Origin: an uncultured bacterium
GTDB taxonomy: Bacteria; Patescibacteriota; Microgenomatia; UBA1400; PJMF01
Direction of reading: 5' to 3'
DNA length: 64,000 nucleotides
NCBI GenBank assembly: GCA_903842795.1
Contig: CAIMNJ010000011.1
Location: 3,166 to 67,165, forward strand
Shown: in pieces, positions 18,472 through 26,059 of the stretch
Position numbering within the stretch: the first letter of the stretch is position 1
How the letters are laid out: every line of letters starts with the position of its first letter
The notes under the pieces: model-generated
Seen by the model: only the letters and a program-made list of their open reading frames with translations
What the model was told of the DNA's origin: nothing
Database searches by the model: none
Position numbers and translations under genes: made by a program

Positions 18472-20439
18472 TTATAACTTTAGTGGTTTGTCTTCAGGAA
18501 TTTTGACTTCTTCTGTTGGTTTTTCCTCGTGACCATTTTGATCGTTATTGCGACCATCATAAGGTACACTCCATGGATCTTTTTTAGCTTTGGCGATGGA
18601 AGAAATGATCAAAGCGATAGCAATGAGTAAGATTAATCCAGCAATTGCTAGCCATTGCCATGAGAAGTTGGCCAACATTTGACCTAAGCTAGTTTGAAAT
18701 GGAGAAGTTTTTTTCTCGACTATAGTTGGTGCGCTAGTTGGCTCTGTCTTGGCACTATTGCTGGCAGATTGTTCTTTGTTGGTGGTAGAGCCAGTCACAC
18801 AAGAAATATCTTCTGGATCATCTGCTAAGCGGCATTTTCCTTTATAGCAGCGCATATCTGCTTCACAATCACGGTTGTTGTTGCAACCTTGGTTACAACT
18901 ATTAGTGGTCAGGTCAGTGGCTTCGCTTGGCAAAAGAATAGTTCTGCCAGAACTGTCTGTGTAGGAATTTATATTGCTGCCACCTTTATTTGAAGACAGT
19001 GAGGAAGATGAATTTATAGCAACCTTCTTCACATCACAGGTGGTGCTTTCCAGATTTTTTGGATCTCTGCAACGATTCCAGAAACAAGTTAGGCCAACTC
19101 CACAGTCATTGTTGCTGGCACAATATTCATTGCAACTACGATCGGAAGTTTGAATTCCTGGAGTAGCAAGACAAGCATTGTTACTTGGATTGGTTGCGTT
19201 TCTACATAAACCTTCAGCAGTACAGACTAGTCCAGGAGCACAGCTCTTGCTTTGATCACTGGTTGGACCACACTGATCATTACAATTCTTATATTTGCTC
19301 TGGTCGCCACTGCAATAGGTGATGTAATAGCGCACTGAGGAGATGTGTTGTCCGCCATTATCAGTGCTAAAAAGACGGAAGAAATATTCTTTATTTGGCT
19401 CAAAACTAATTGGACCCTTGGTGCCAGTGGCATGGGTAAATCCTTTAGCTGTCACCATAATCCAGTTGCCATTTGTTTGGTCAATGTTGCCGGCAACTTT
19501 TTTGTGATAAAAATCTCCAAAGTTTGGACTGGTGCTCACATCAATGTAAGTTACATTTGGATATTTTTTGTTGTCCCAGATTACGTATAGAGAATCTCCC
19601 TCAGTTGGTTGATTGAGACATTTATCGTTTGAAGAAAGGTAGAAGAAGCTACTGTTGGCATTAACAACACTATTGTCGGTACACTTCTGACTCAATTCTT
19701 TTAAGGTTTCGTCCTCATACCATTGACATCTTTCTGGTTGTGTTGAGTATTGTCTAGTTTGCCAGCCATTTTTACATTCTCCCCAAGAGGTATATTCGTA
19801 ATGACATTGAGAACGGTCAATACCATTGGTGGTTACGTAATATTGGAAATCTAAGACAGTTGGTTTTTGCAAAATATCTTCTGAAGTTTCATGTTCAATA
19901 ACGGTACTGTCTTGGCTGATTTTAATTTTGACACTACCTTCTTTTTTTGGAGTGAATTTTAGTTGAGAGATGGTTCTCATCTGGTTGTGGGTAGAAAAGG
20001 TAACGGCAGGATCTTTGGTGTTTAGAAGCAAAGTGACTGTGTAGCAATCTTTTTCACAAATACTTTCGACTACTTCTTGTTTGCTAATCTCTAATTCTGC
20101 TGGATAAGTTTCAGTAAAACTAATTTTGCTTTTATCTAAGAGACCTTTATCGACAATAATCTCAAAAATCAATTCTATTGCGTCTACTGACTTGTCTTTT
20201 GTGTTTAATTGCAAATTGATTTTTTGTTCTTCATCAACTTTGAGAGTACTCTGATCAAAAGGATAAGTATTGAGCTCTGCTAATCCAGAATCAACCATAG
20301 CAGCTTTTCTAGTGTCTAAGCTTAATTCGGAAGCTGGTTTTTTGAGGAACATGACTGCTAGTAGGGCAATCGACATAACTAGGACAATAAAAAATAAGCC
20401 GAAAACGGCCAGACGATTGCTTTTTTTAGTTTGCAGCAT
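18472..20439 (-). CDS. Cys-rich surface protein with TM at both ends (cohesin-like, TSP1-like and three Cys-rich repeats)
   Basis: N-terminal TM, beta-rich domain, YTSWGECKNGWQTR, three CNxxC...C...C...CR modules, S/T linker, C-terminal TM. Confidence 0.7.
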   Translation of the reverse strand: MLQTKKSNRLAVFGLFFIVLVMSIALLAVMFLKKPASELSLDTRKAAMVDSGLAELNTYPFDQSTLKVDEEQKINLQLNTKDKSVDAIELIFEIIVDKGLLDKSKISFTETYPAELEISKQEVVESICEKDCYTVTLLLNTKDPAVTFSTHNQMRTISQLKFTPKKEGSVKIKISQDSTVIEHETSEDILQKPTVLDFQYYVTTNGIDRSQCHYEYTSWGECKNGWQTRQYSTQPERCQWYEDETLKELSQKCTDNSVVNANSSFFYLSSNDKCLNQPTEGDSLYVIWDNKKYPNVTYIDVSTSPNFGDFYHKKVAGNIDQTNGNWIMVTAKGFTHATGTKGPISFEPNKEYFFRLFSTDNGGQHISSVRYYITYCSGDQSKYKNCNDQCGPTSDQSKSCAPGLVCTAEGLCRNATNPSNNACLATPGIQTSDRSCNEYCASNNDCGVGLTCFWNRCRDPKNLESTTCDVKKVAINSSSSLSSNKGGSNINSYTDSSGRTILLPSEATDLTTNSCNQGCNNNRDCEADMRCYKGKCRLADDPEDISCVTGSTTNKEQSASNSAKTEPTSAPTIVEKKTSPFQTSLGQMLANFSWQWLAIAGLILLIAIALIISSIAKAKKDPWSVPYDGRNNDQNGHEEKPTEEVKIPEDKPLKL

Positions 20440-20815
20440 TGGTTTCTTTCTCTTTTAAGTTGTTTAGATTGACTATTTTGTTAAATAAAGAGTAATCTTT
20501 GGCATCAATTTTGCCATCTTGATTAAGATCGGCTTTTAATGATTCGCTGTCACTCTTAAAAAATGCTTCTTTTATCAGTTTAGCATCTTTTTCATCAATT
20601 TTGCCATCTTGATTGAGGTCGGCATTCTTCAACAGGGAGGTGTCTGTCTTTTGGTAAACTCTTGAATCTTGAAATTTATTTCTTTTATATCCAATATGCC
20701 AAAAAGTAATAACAGCCATAATCAGAACTAAGGTCAAACCAAAAAGAATTAAATTAGATTCAATTTCTTCTTTTTTGACTCTAGAAATCTTTTTTGATGA
20801 CATCAGATAAAGCAT
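20426..20815 (-). CDS. Membrane-anchored dockerin-domain protein
   Basis: TM followed by duplicated ADLNQDGKIDxKD EF-hand-like loops. Confidence 0.85.
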   Translation of the reverse strand: MLYLMSSKKISRVKKEEIESNLILFGLTLVLIMAVITFWHIGYKRNKFQDSRVYQKTDTSLLKNADLNQDGKIDEKDAKLIKEAFFKSDSESLKADLNQDGKIDAKDYSLFNKIVNLNNLKEKETNAAN

Positions 20816-20897
20816 AGCTGATTTATGACTATTGGGTCAAGGATTAGTCTTCTTATGCTATACTTTTAGAACCTTATATTTAGAAAGGCCAACTTTT

Positions 20898-21785
20898 ATG
20901 TCAGAGAAATTAGTTCGTAAGGCAATTATCACTGATGCAGGTTTTGCAAGTCGTTATTTGCCAATTACTAAAACTATTCCTAAAGCCATGTTGCCAATGG
21001 GCAATCGCCCAATTATGCAGTTTGTGATCGAAGAATGCGTTGAGGCAGGTATAGAAGAAATTATTATTGTAGCTACCCCAGAGGGTAAGCCAATTTACGA
21101 AGATTACTTTAACAATGGTGTTAATCGAATTCGCAAACAGTTGGCAGCTCAGGGCAAAGAAGATCGTTATGAACCAGTTCAACAGGTTCTAGACTATCCA
21201 AAAATTACAGTAATTACTCAAGACCCTAGTTTGCCATATGGCAATGGTTCTCCAGTTGTTTCTGCCAAAGCTTTTGTGGAGGGGGAGAAGGCATTTTTGG
21301 TTATTTATAGTGATGACGTGGTTTTTGGTAATCCTGGTGATGCCAAAATGATGGTTGATGCCTATGAGGCAGATCCTACGGTAGATGGCATTATTATGTC
21401 TCAAGAGGTAGAACCAGAAGTAGTCAATAAATACGGTATCATCTCTTTTAGAACAGGCAGCAACGAATTGCTGGATAATATTATTGAAAAACCAGAAATT
21501 GGTGAAGCTCCATCAAATTTAGCTTCTTATGGTAGATACCTTTTGACTCCAAAAATTTTTGAACATCTTATTCCAAGTAACTCTGGCAAAGATGGTGAGC
21601 TTTGGACGGTTGATGCTATCACCAAAATAGCTAACTTGGGTAGAGTATTGGTAGAAAAAACCAAGGGTCAATGGATGACCACTGGTGATCCAGAAAATTA
21701 CTTCAAAGCTCATCTGAAATTTGTAATCGAAAACGAAAAATATGGCAACAAAATAAAAAATTGGGTGGAGGAACTTTCTAAATAA
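20898..21785 (+). CDS. galU: UTP-glucose-1-phosphate uridylyltransferase-like NTP transferase
   Basis: KAIITDAGFASRYLPITKTIPK, YSDD, IEKP, GRY, GELWTVDAI; SD-like GAAAGG before ATG 20898. Confidence 0.8.
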   Translation: MSEKLVRKAIITDAGFASRYLPITKTIPKAMLPMGNRPIMQFVIEECVEAGIEEIIIVATPEGKPIYEDYFNNGVNRIRKQLAAQGKEDRYEPVQQVLDYPKITVITQDPSLPYGNGSPVVSAKAFVEGEKAFLVIYSDDVVFGNPGDAKMMVDAYEADPTVDGIIMSQEVEPEVVNKYGIISFRTGSNELLDNIIEKPEIGEAPSNLASYGRYLLTPKIFEHLIPSNSGKDGELWTVDAITKIANLGRVLVEKTKGQWMTTGDPENYFKAHLKFVIENEKYGNKIKNWVEELSK

Positions 21786-21876
21786 AAGTAATGTTCTCCA
21801 TTGTAGCAATTTTCTATTTATAACAAAAGATTGTTTTTTGGCTTTGTGGTTTTAAAATTATTATTTAGCACCTTAA

Positions 21877-22032
21877 CTCCACTTTCTTTTGCAGGAAAGT
21901 AAAGCAATGTTTTTCCTCAACAGCTCTTTATAGGGCTTATAGGAGTATTTTGCTTCCGTGGAAGTAAAATCTTCTTGCCCACCTGGTTTTTTCCGGGGAA
22001 AGAGGCTTACTTTCCTGCAAAGGGAGGTGGAG
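21877..22032 (+). ncRNA. Candidate structured non-coding RNA, family unknown
   Basis: 25-bp closing stem (21877-21901 with 22008-22032) in which all three non-Watson-Crick positions are G-U on the + strand; internal hairpins; upstream TAAAAT and downstream T-tract. Confidence 0.6.
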
Positions 22033-22048
22033 ATTGTTTTTTCAAGAT

Positions 22049-22126
22049 GTCCAAAATTCGCTAAAGCATCTTTTGTACCATTTTTACTGCATTGGTCCAA
22101 AATTCGCTAAAGCATCTTTTGTACCA
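22049..22126. repeat. Perfect 32-bp direct repeat, two copies
   Basis: GTCCAAAATTCGCTAAAGCATCTTTTGTACCA at 22049-22080 and 22095-22126. Confidence 0.95.
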
Positions 22127-22151
22127 GCTGCTTTTTGCAATGCTGTCTGCA

Positions 22152-22180
22152 TTGCAAAAAGACAGGGTCCAAAATATAAT
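22152..22180 (+). promoter_or_regulatory. Sigma70 promoter of the tRNA cluster
   Basis: TTGCAA-17 nt-TATAAT; the -35 lies inside a 13-bp inverted repeat (22131-22161). Confidence 0.8.
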
Positions 22181-22203
22181 ACTCAATGTCTTTCGTCTTA
22201 TTT

Positions 22204-22276
22204 GCCTTTGTAGCTCAGTCGGTAGAGCGCAGTCTTGGTAAGACTGAGGTCTCGGGTCCGATCCCCGACAAAGGCT
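22204..22276 (+). tRNA. tRNA-Thr(GGT)
   Basis: GCCTTTG/CAAAGGC acceptor; CAGTC-TT-GGT-AA-GACTG anticodon arm; T-loop TCCGATC. Confidence 0.95.
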
Positions 22277-22313
22277 CACTTGCAAAGGCGCGCTGCGCGC
22301 GCCATCTGCAAAA

Positions 22314-22395
22314 GCCAAGGTACTCAAGCGGTCAACGAGGGCAGTCTGTAAAACTGCTGGCCTAGCCTACGTAGGTTCGAATCCTTCCCTTGGCA
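22314..22395 (+). tRNA. tRNA-Tyr(GTA)
   Basis: GCCAAGG/CCTTGGC acceptor; GCAGT-CT-GTA-AA-ACTGC; long variable arm; TTCGAAT. Confidence 0.95.
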
Positions 22396-22424
22396 CAGAT
22401 CTCTAGCTTACAAAGGGAGAATTT

Positions 22425-22498
22425 GCCCCCCTAGCTCAATTGGTTAGAGCACCTGTTTTGTAAACAGGAGGTTCCGGGTTCGATTCCCGGGGGTGGCT
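22425..22498 (+). tRNA. tRNA-Thr(TGT)
   Basis: GCCCCCC/GGGTGGC acceptor; CCTGT-TT-TGT-AA-ACAGG; TTCGATT. Confidence 0.95.
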
Positions 22499-22548
22499 CA
22501 AGAGATGACTCTTAAAATATAAAAAAGTTGTGATAAAATATCAAATCT

Positions 22549-22752
22549 ATGGCAAGCAAGAAAAAAGGTCCAAGACAATCAATCGGTTTACAATGTAGTG
22601 TTTGTAATGCTTTCGGTTACGTAAGCGAATACAACAAAAACAATGAGATTCTCAAGAAACAAACCTCAGGTGAGGGTAGTTTTCCTCTGAACAAATACTG
22701 TAGCGTTTGTCGCAAGCATACTGCTCACAAATTGATGAAAAAATTAAAATAA
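22549..22752 (+). CDS. rpmG: 50S ribosomal protein L33
   Basis: IGLQCSVC...LNKYCSVCRKHTAH; follows the tRNA-Thr cluster. Confidence 0.9.
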   Translation: MASKKKGPRQSIGLQCSVCNAFGYVSEYNKNNEILKKQTSGEGSFPLNKYCSVCRKHTAHKLMKKLK

Positions 22753-22787
22753 GTTTAATCAATCCATTTTTTTTGGATTGATGTTGC

Positions 22788-24260
22788 TTAGTTTAGTTTT
22801 ACTATTTTCAGAATATTTTCCGCTCCGTGATAGAAGTCATGATCAAGCTGTCTACTGTTTTTCATGGCTTGTCCAATCCAGGATCGCTGTTCATTTGCTT
22901 TTAATTTAGGTACAGGCCTGGTCCCGCCAGCTGGAATTGCGCTTTCGGAAGTATGCTCATTGGTCTGAGCGAGTTCAGTTAATTGTTTAGCAATATTGTT
23001 TGTTTGAGCTTGTATTGCTGTGCCATTTTTTTCAAAAACTGCACGTACGTTATATTCCCACTCACCCCATTCCTTGAGAGTGAGTAGAGCAGCTCCAGAA
23101 GCGACTGCGTCGTAGGCCATGTCTCCAGAAGGCTTGCTGATAAAAACATCGGCCCAAGAAAAGCCTTTTTGAATCAATAATTCATTAGCATCAACAATTT
23201 GTGGATGATAGATAATTCTAAAGCGATGCTTATTTTCTTCGTTTTTACTGGTTTTGATCTTGTTATTAATGCCAAAATTGGCAGGGTCATTTGGGCTAAT
23301 GATTTGATAAGCAAGGTCATTAGCTTGAGCAATTTCAATGGCCATATTTTTATGATCTTCATGGGTGCCGGCATAAAAAACCAATTGGGTCTCGACTAAA
23401 TCAGTTTTTTGTCCCAAGGCTTGTTGCTTTAGTATTGGCAACATTTGCTCCAAAATGCTTTTTATTTCTGGTTTATTAGTGCCAAGGCCACCGGTAGTTA
23501 AGCAAATTCTAAGTGGTCTTTCGTCTGTCCAAATTGTTTTTTCTTTGTGGCAATCGACTATTCTTGGGTCAATTGGTGGGCCAGTGACAATGACTTTGTC
23601 TTTTATTTGGTCCTTTGGTATTTTTTTGCCAATTTGTTTGGCAACTTCAAAAAATGATTCTTTGGTGGCTTCATCAAAGACCAAAAATTTCATATTTGGC
23701 AAATGTGCATTTTGCAAATAATCGCTACGCACGTGTGGATCTGTGATCATTTGCACAACTTTTTTACCCTCTGCAGCTAGAATATTGCCCGTCACAATGT
23801 GAAAGGAAAGAATGGTTTTTTTGATTCCAGAACCAAGATAAAGAGTGGGAGGAGTGACATTATCTAAAATTGGCATTTTGGAACGGCCGAATTTATCGAC
23901 GATATCTTTTAACATTTTTAAAATTGGCCAGCGAGCAATAGTTCTGCCAATTAAATCTGTTATTTGTACGCTTTTAAAAGCGGCGTTGCTGACGTAATTA
24001 GTGCTATCTACAAGCCAAGCTTTTTTAGGATCAATGCTATTTCCCCAGGCTTGTATTGCTATGCCGAGAGCCATGGAGTAGTGAGCGCGTGAAAGCACAA
24101 TGTCGGTACTATTGTCTTTTTCTTTTTGATGATGAAGACCCTTGAGGTCTTCTCGAAAGGAAGCGGAAACAGTGATAATGGGAATTTTGGTTTGTTCGAG
24201 GAGTTTTTTGTCTGCTTGGTAAATCTTTTTTAATTCTTTGGCGATTTCATTATCTTGCAT
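22788..24260 (-). CDS. GT-B fold glycosyltransferase-like protein (UgtP/MGDG-synthase-like)
   Basis: ITDP, VTGPPI, LTTGGLG, ADVFISKPSG. Start moved to MQDNE to avoid tRNA-Trp. Confidence 0.65.
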   Translation of the reverse strand: MQDNEIAKELKKIYQADKKLLEQTKIPIITVSASFREDLKGLHHQKEKDNSTDIVLSRAHYSMALGIAIQAWGNSIDPKKAWLVDSTNYVSNAAFKSVQITDLIGRTIARWPILKMLKDIVDKFGRSKMPILDNVTPPTLYLGSGIKKTILSFHIVTGNILAAEGKKVVQMITDPHVRSDYLQNAHLPNMKFLVFDEATKESFFEVAKQIGKKIPKDQIKDKVIVTGPPIDPRIVDCHKEKTIWTDERPLRICLTTGGLGTNKPEIKSILEQMLPILKQQALGQKTDLVETQLVFYAGTHEDHKNMAIEIAQANDLAYQIISPNDPANFGINNKIKTSKNEENKHRFRIIYHPQIVDANELLIQKGFSWADVFISKPSGDMAYDAVASGAALLTLKEWGEWEYNVRAVFEKNGTAIQAQTNNIAKQLTELAQTNEHTSESAIPAGGTRPVPKLKANEQRSWIGQAMKNSRQLDHDFYHGAENILKIVKLN

Positions 24261-24365
24261 GCTTTTTAGTGTAGCAGTTTTTTGGTGGTGGAGGAAATGA
24301 TGATGCGTTAGCTCTGGCTTTATTGAGCAATGATTATTATAATTGGGCTCTAAGAAATTTAACAA

Positions 24366-24436
24366 AGGGCGGTATTTCAATGGCAGAATAGGGGTCTCCA
24401 AAACCTTTGATGAGGGTTCGATTCCTTCCCGCCCTG
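24366..24436 (+). tRNA. tRNA-Trp(CCA)
   Basis: AGGGCGG/CCGCCCT acceptor; GGGGT-CT-CCA-AA-ACCTT; TTCGATT. Confidence 0.93.
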
Positions 24437-24462
24437 CAAAAAAATATTCAAATTGTAAAACG

Positions 24463-24762
24463 ATGGAAAATAATCCCGAAAACTCTTTTCCTTTTAATCC
24501 AGCTTCTTATGATGGTGTGGATATTTCTACTTTGCCTTTGGAAGAATTAAAGATGATTGTTAATTCCTACAAAGAGATTCAAAAATTGCCAGATCAAAAA
24601 TCAAAAGCAATTTTGGAAGGTCTTATTCAAGCCGTCAGCCACTACCTTTCTTTTGCTAGCAGTTCAGAAGAAAGAAAAAAAACCTTACTCTCAATGTATT
24701 CTCCTGATTTTGTTTTTCATGCTAGTGAATACTCAGCCAGAGAATACAAGGCTTACAAATAA
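24463..24762 (+). CDS. Hypothetical protein
   Basis: MENNPEN..., first ATG downstream of tRNA-Trp. Confidence 0.6.
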   Translation: MENNPENSFPFNPASYDGVDISTLPLEELKMIVNSYKEIQKLPDQKSKAILEGLIQAVSHYLSFASSSEERKKTLLSMYSPDFVFHASEYSAREYKAYK

Positions 24763-24838
24763 CTTGTCTTTTCAGCTTAATCTCAGTTGCTTGTTTTAGA
24801 CTTCCAGCTATTAATAGTTAAAGGAAAGGTTTTTACTG

Positions 24839-25345
24839 ATGAAAGTCAATAAAAAAATCATTATCCCTTTGTTAACAATTACAGTGGCTGGAGCAGCAGC
24901 TTATTCTGGATCGAAAGTTTTTGCAGCTACTACGCAGACAAATTATCCACCAATGGTAGAAAGGTTTGCGGAGCATTTTGGCTTAAAAGTTGATGATGTT
25001 AAGACTTTTTTTGATGAAGAAAGACAGCAACGTCAGCAAGATATGCTGAGTGATTATGCTGACTTCTTAGAAGAAGCTGTCAACTCTGGAGATCTCACTG
25101 AGAATCAAAAAGATCTGCTGATTTCTAAGAAGGAAGAGCAACAAAAAGAGATGGCTAATTTTCAACCAGGAAGTGAAAATAGGGAAGACAGATTTGAAAA
25201 AAAGCAGGCTAGAAGAGATGAACTTATTCAATGGGCCAAAGATAATAATATAGATCAAAAATACCTTTTCTTTCACGGTGGTGAGAGAGGAGAAGGTGGT
25301 GAGGGAGGTAGAGGCTTTGGTATGGGTAGAATGATGAGGGAATAA
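24839..25345 (+). CDS. Secreted or anchored helical hypothetical protein with Gly-rich tail
   Basis: Signal-like N-terminus (...SKVFA), charged helical body, SD AAGG upstream. Confidence 0.75.
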   Translation: MKVNKKIIIPLLTITVAGAAAYSGSKVFAATTQTNYPPMVERFAEHFGLKVDDVKTFFDEERQQRQQDMLSDYADFLEEAVNSGDLTENQKDLLISKKEEQQKEMANFQPGSENREDRFEKKQARRDELIQWAKDNNIDQKYLFFHGGERGEGGEGGRGFGMGRMMRE

Positions 25346-25381
25346 TTGAGAGTCAATCTTTGAAATAGCACTTTTTCCTGC

Positions 25382-25413
25382 AAAAAATCCTAGCTTAAAA
25401 ACTAGGATTTTTT
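25382..25413. terminator. Bidirectional intrinsic terminator
   Basis: AAAAAATCCTAG-cttaaaaa-CTAGGATTTTTT. Confidence 0.85.
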
Positions 25414-25432
25414 TGTTTTTTTAGTCAAAATT

Positions 25433-26050
25433 TTAGATAAAAATTCTCATCATGAGGTTGATGATTGGACTAAGTAGAGCACTGACAGCAGACTGTCCGC
25501 CAACCCATGGAAAAATCATCATGATCAAAATCATGGTTCCATAACGATCCATAATGTCTTCATATTCCAAGCTTGCTTGATAGGGAAGTACAGCACGCAT
25601 GATTTTGCCACCATCAAGAGGATAAACGGGAATTAGATTAAAGAGGGCTAACGAAAGGTTGATAAAGATTAACTGGCCAGCAAATAAGGCCAAAAAATCT
25701 CCACCAATTCCTAATTTAATAAGTGCTGATAGGATAGTTGCAATTAATATGTTACTGGCTGGTCCTGCAACTGTAATGAGAGCAGCATCTCTGGTAGGCT
25801 CTTTGAGATTATATGGATCGTATGGAGCAGCTTTGCCCCAGCCAAAACCAGTTAAAACAATTGCTAGAGTGCCAATTGGATCGAGATGGGCTAGTGGGTT
25901 TAGAGTGAGGCGGCCCTTGATGCGAGGAGTTGGGTCTCCCAATCTATCTGTTACGAAACAATGAGCATATTCATGGATTGCGATAGAAAGTAGTAAGCCA
26001 GCTAAAAAAATAATAAAAGCGAGAGGATTCTGGAGTAAAAGAGTTAGCAT
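25433..26050 (-). CDS. Site-2 protease (M50 family)
   Basis: HEYAH, LGDPT, AGPASN, NLIPVYPLDG. Confidence 0.93.
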   Translation of the reverse strand: MLTLLLQNPLAFIIFLAGLLLSIAIHEYAHCFVTDRLGDPTPRIKGRLTLNPLAHLDPIGTLAIVLTGFGWGKAAPYDPYNLKEPTRDAALITVAGPASNILIATILSALIKLGIGGDFLALFAGQLIFINLSLALFNLIPVYPLDGGKIMRAVLPYQASLEYEDIMDRYGTMILIMMIFPWVGGQSAVSALLSPIINLMMRIFI

Positions 26051-26059
26051 GATTAAAGA

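Noticed and set aside
22049-22126. CRISPR array
   Set aside because: Only two 32-bp copies, a 14-nt spacer and no cas genes in the window.
21873-22327. Minus-strand ORFs 21873..22100 and 22061..22327
   Set aside because: Antisense to tRNAs and to the structured/repeat region; no protein-like features.
24261-24462. N-terminal extensions of ORFs 22788..24401 and 24343..24762
   Set aside because: Both overlap a well-formed tRNA-Trp; downstream ATGs were used instead.
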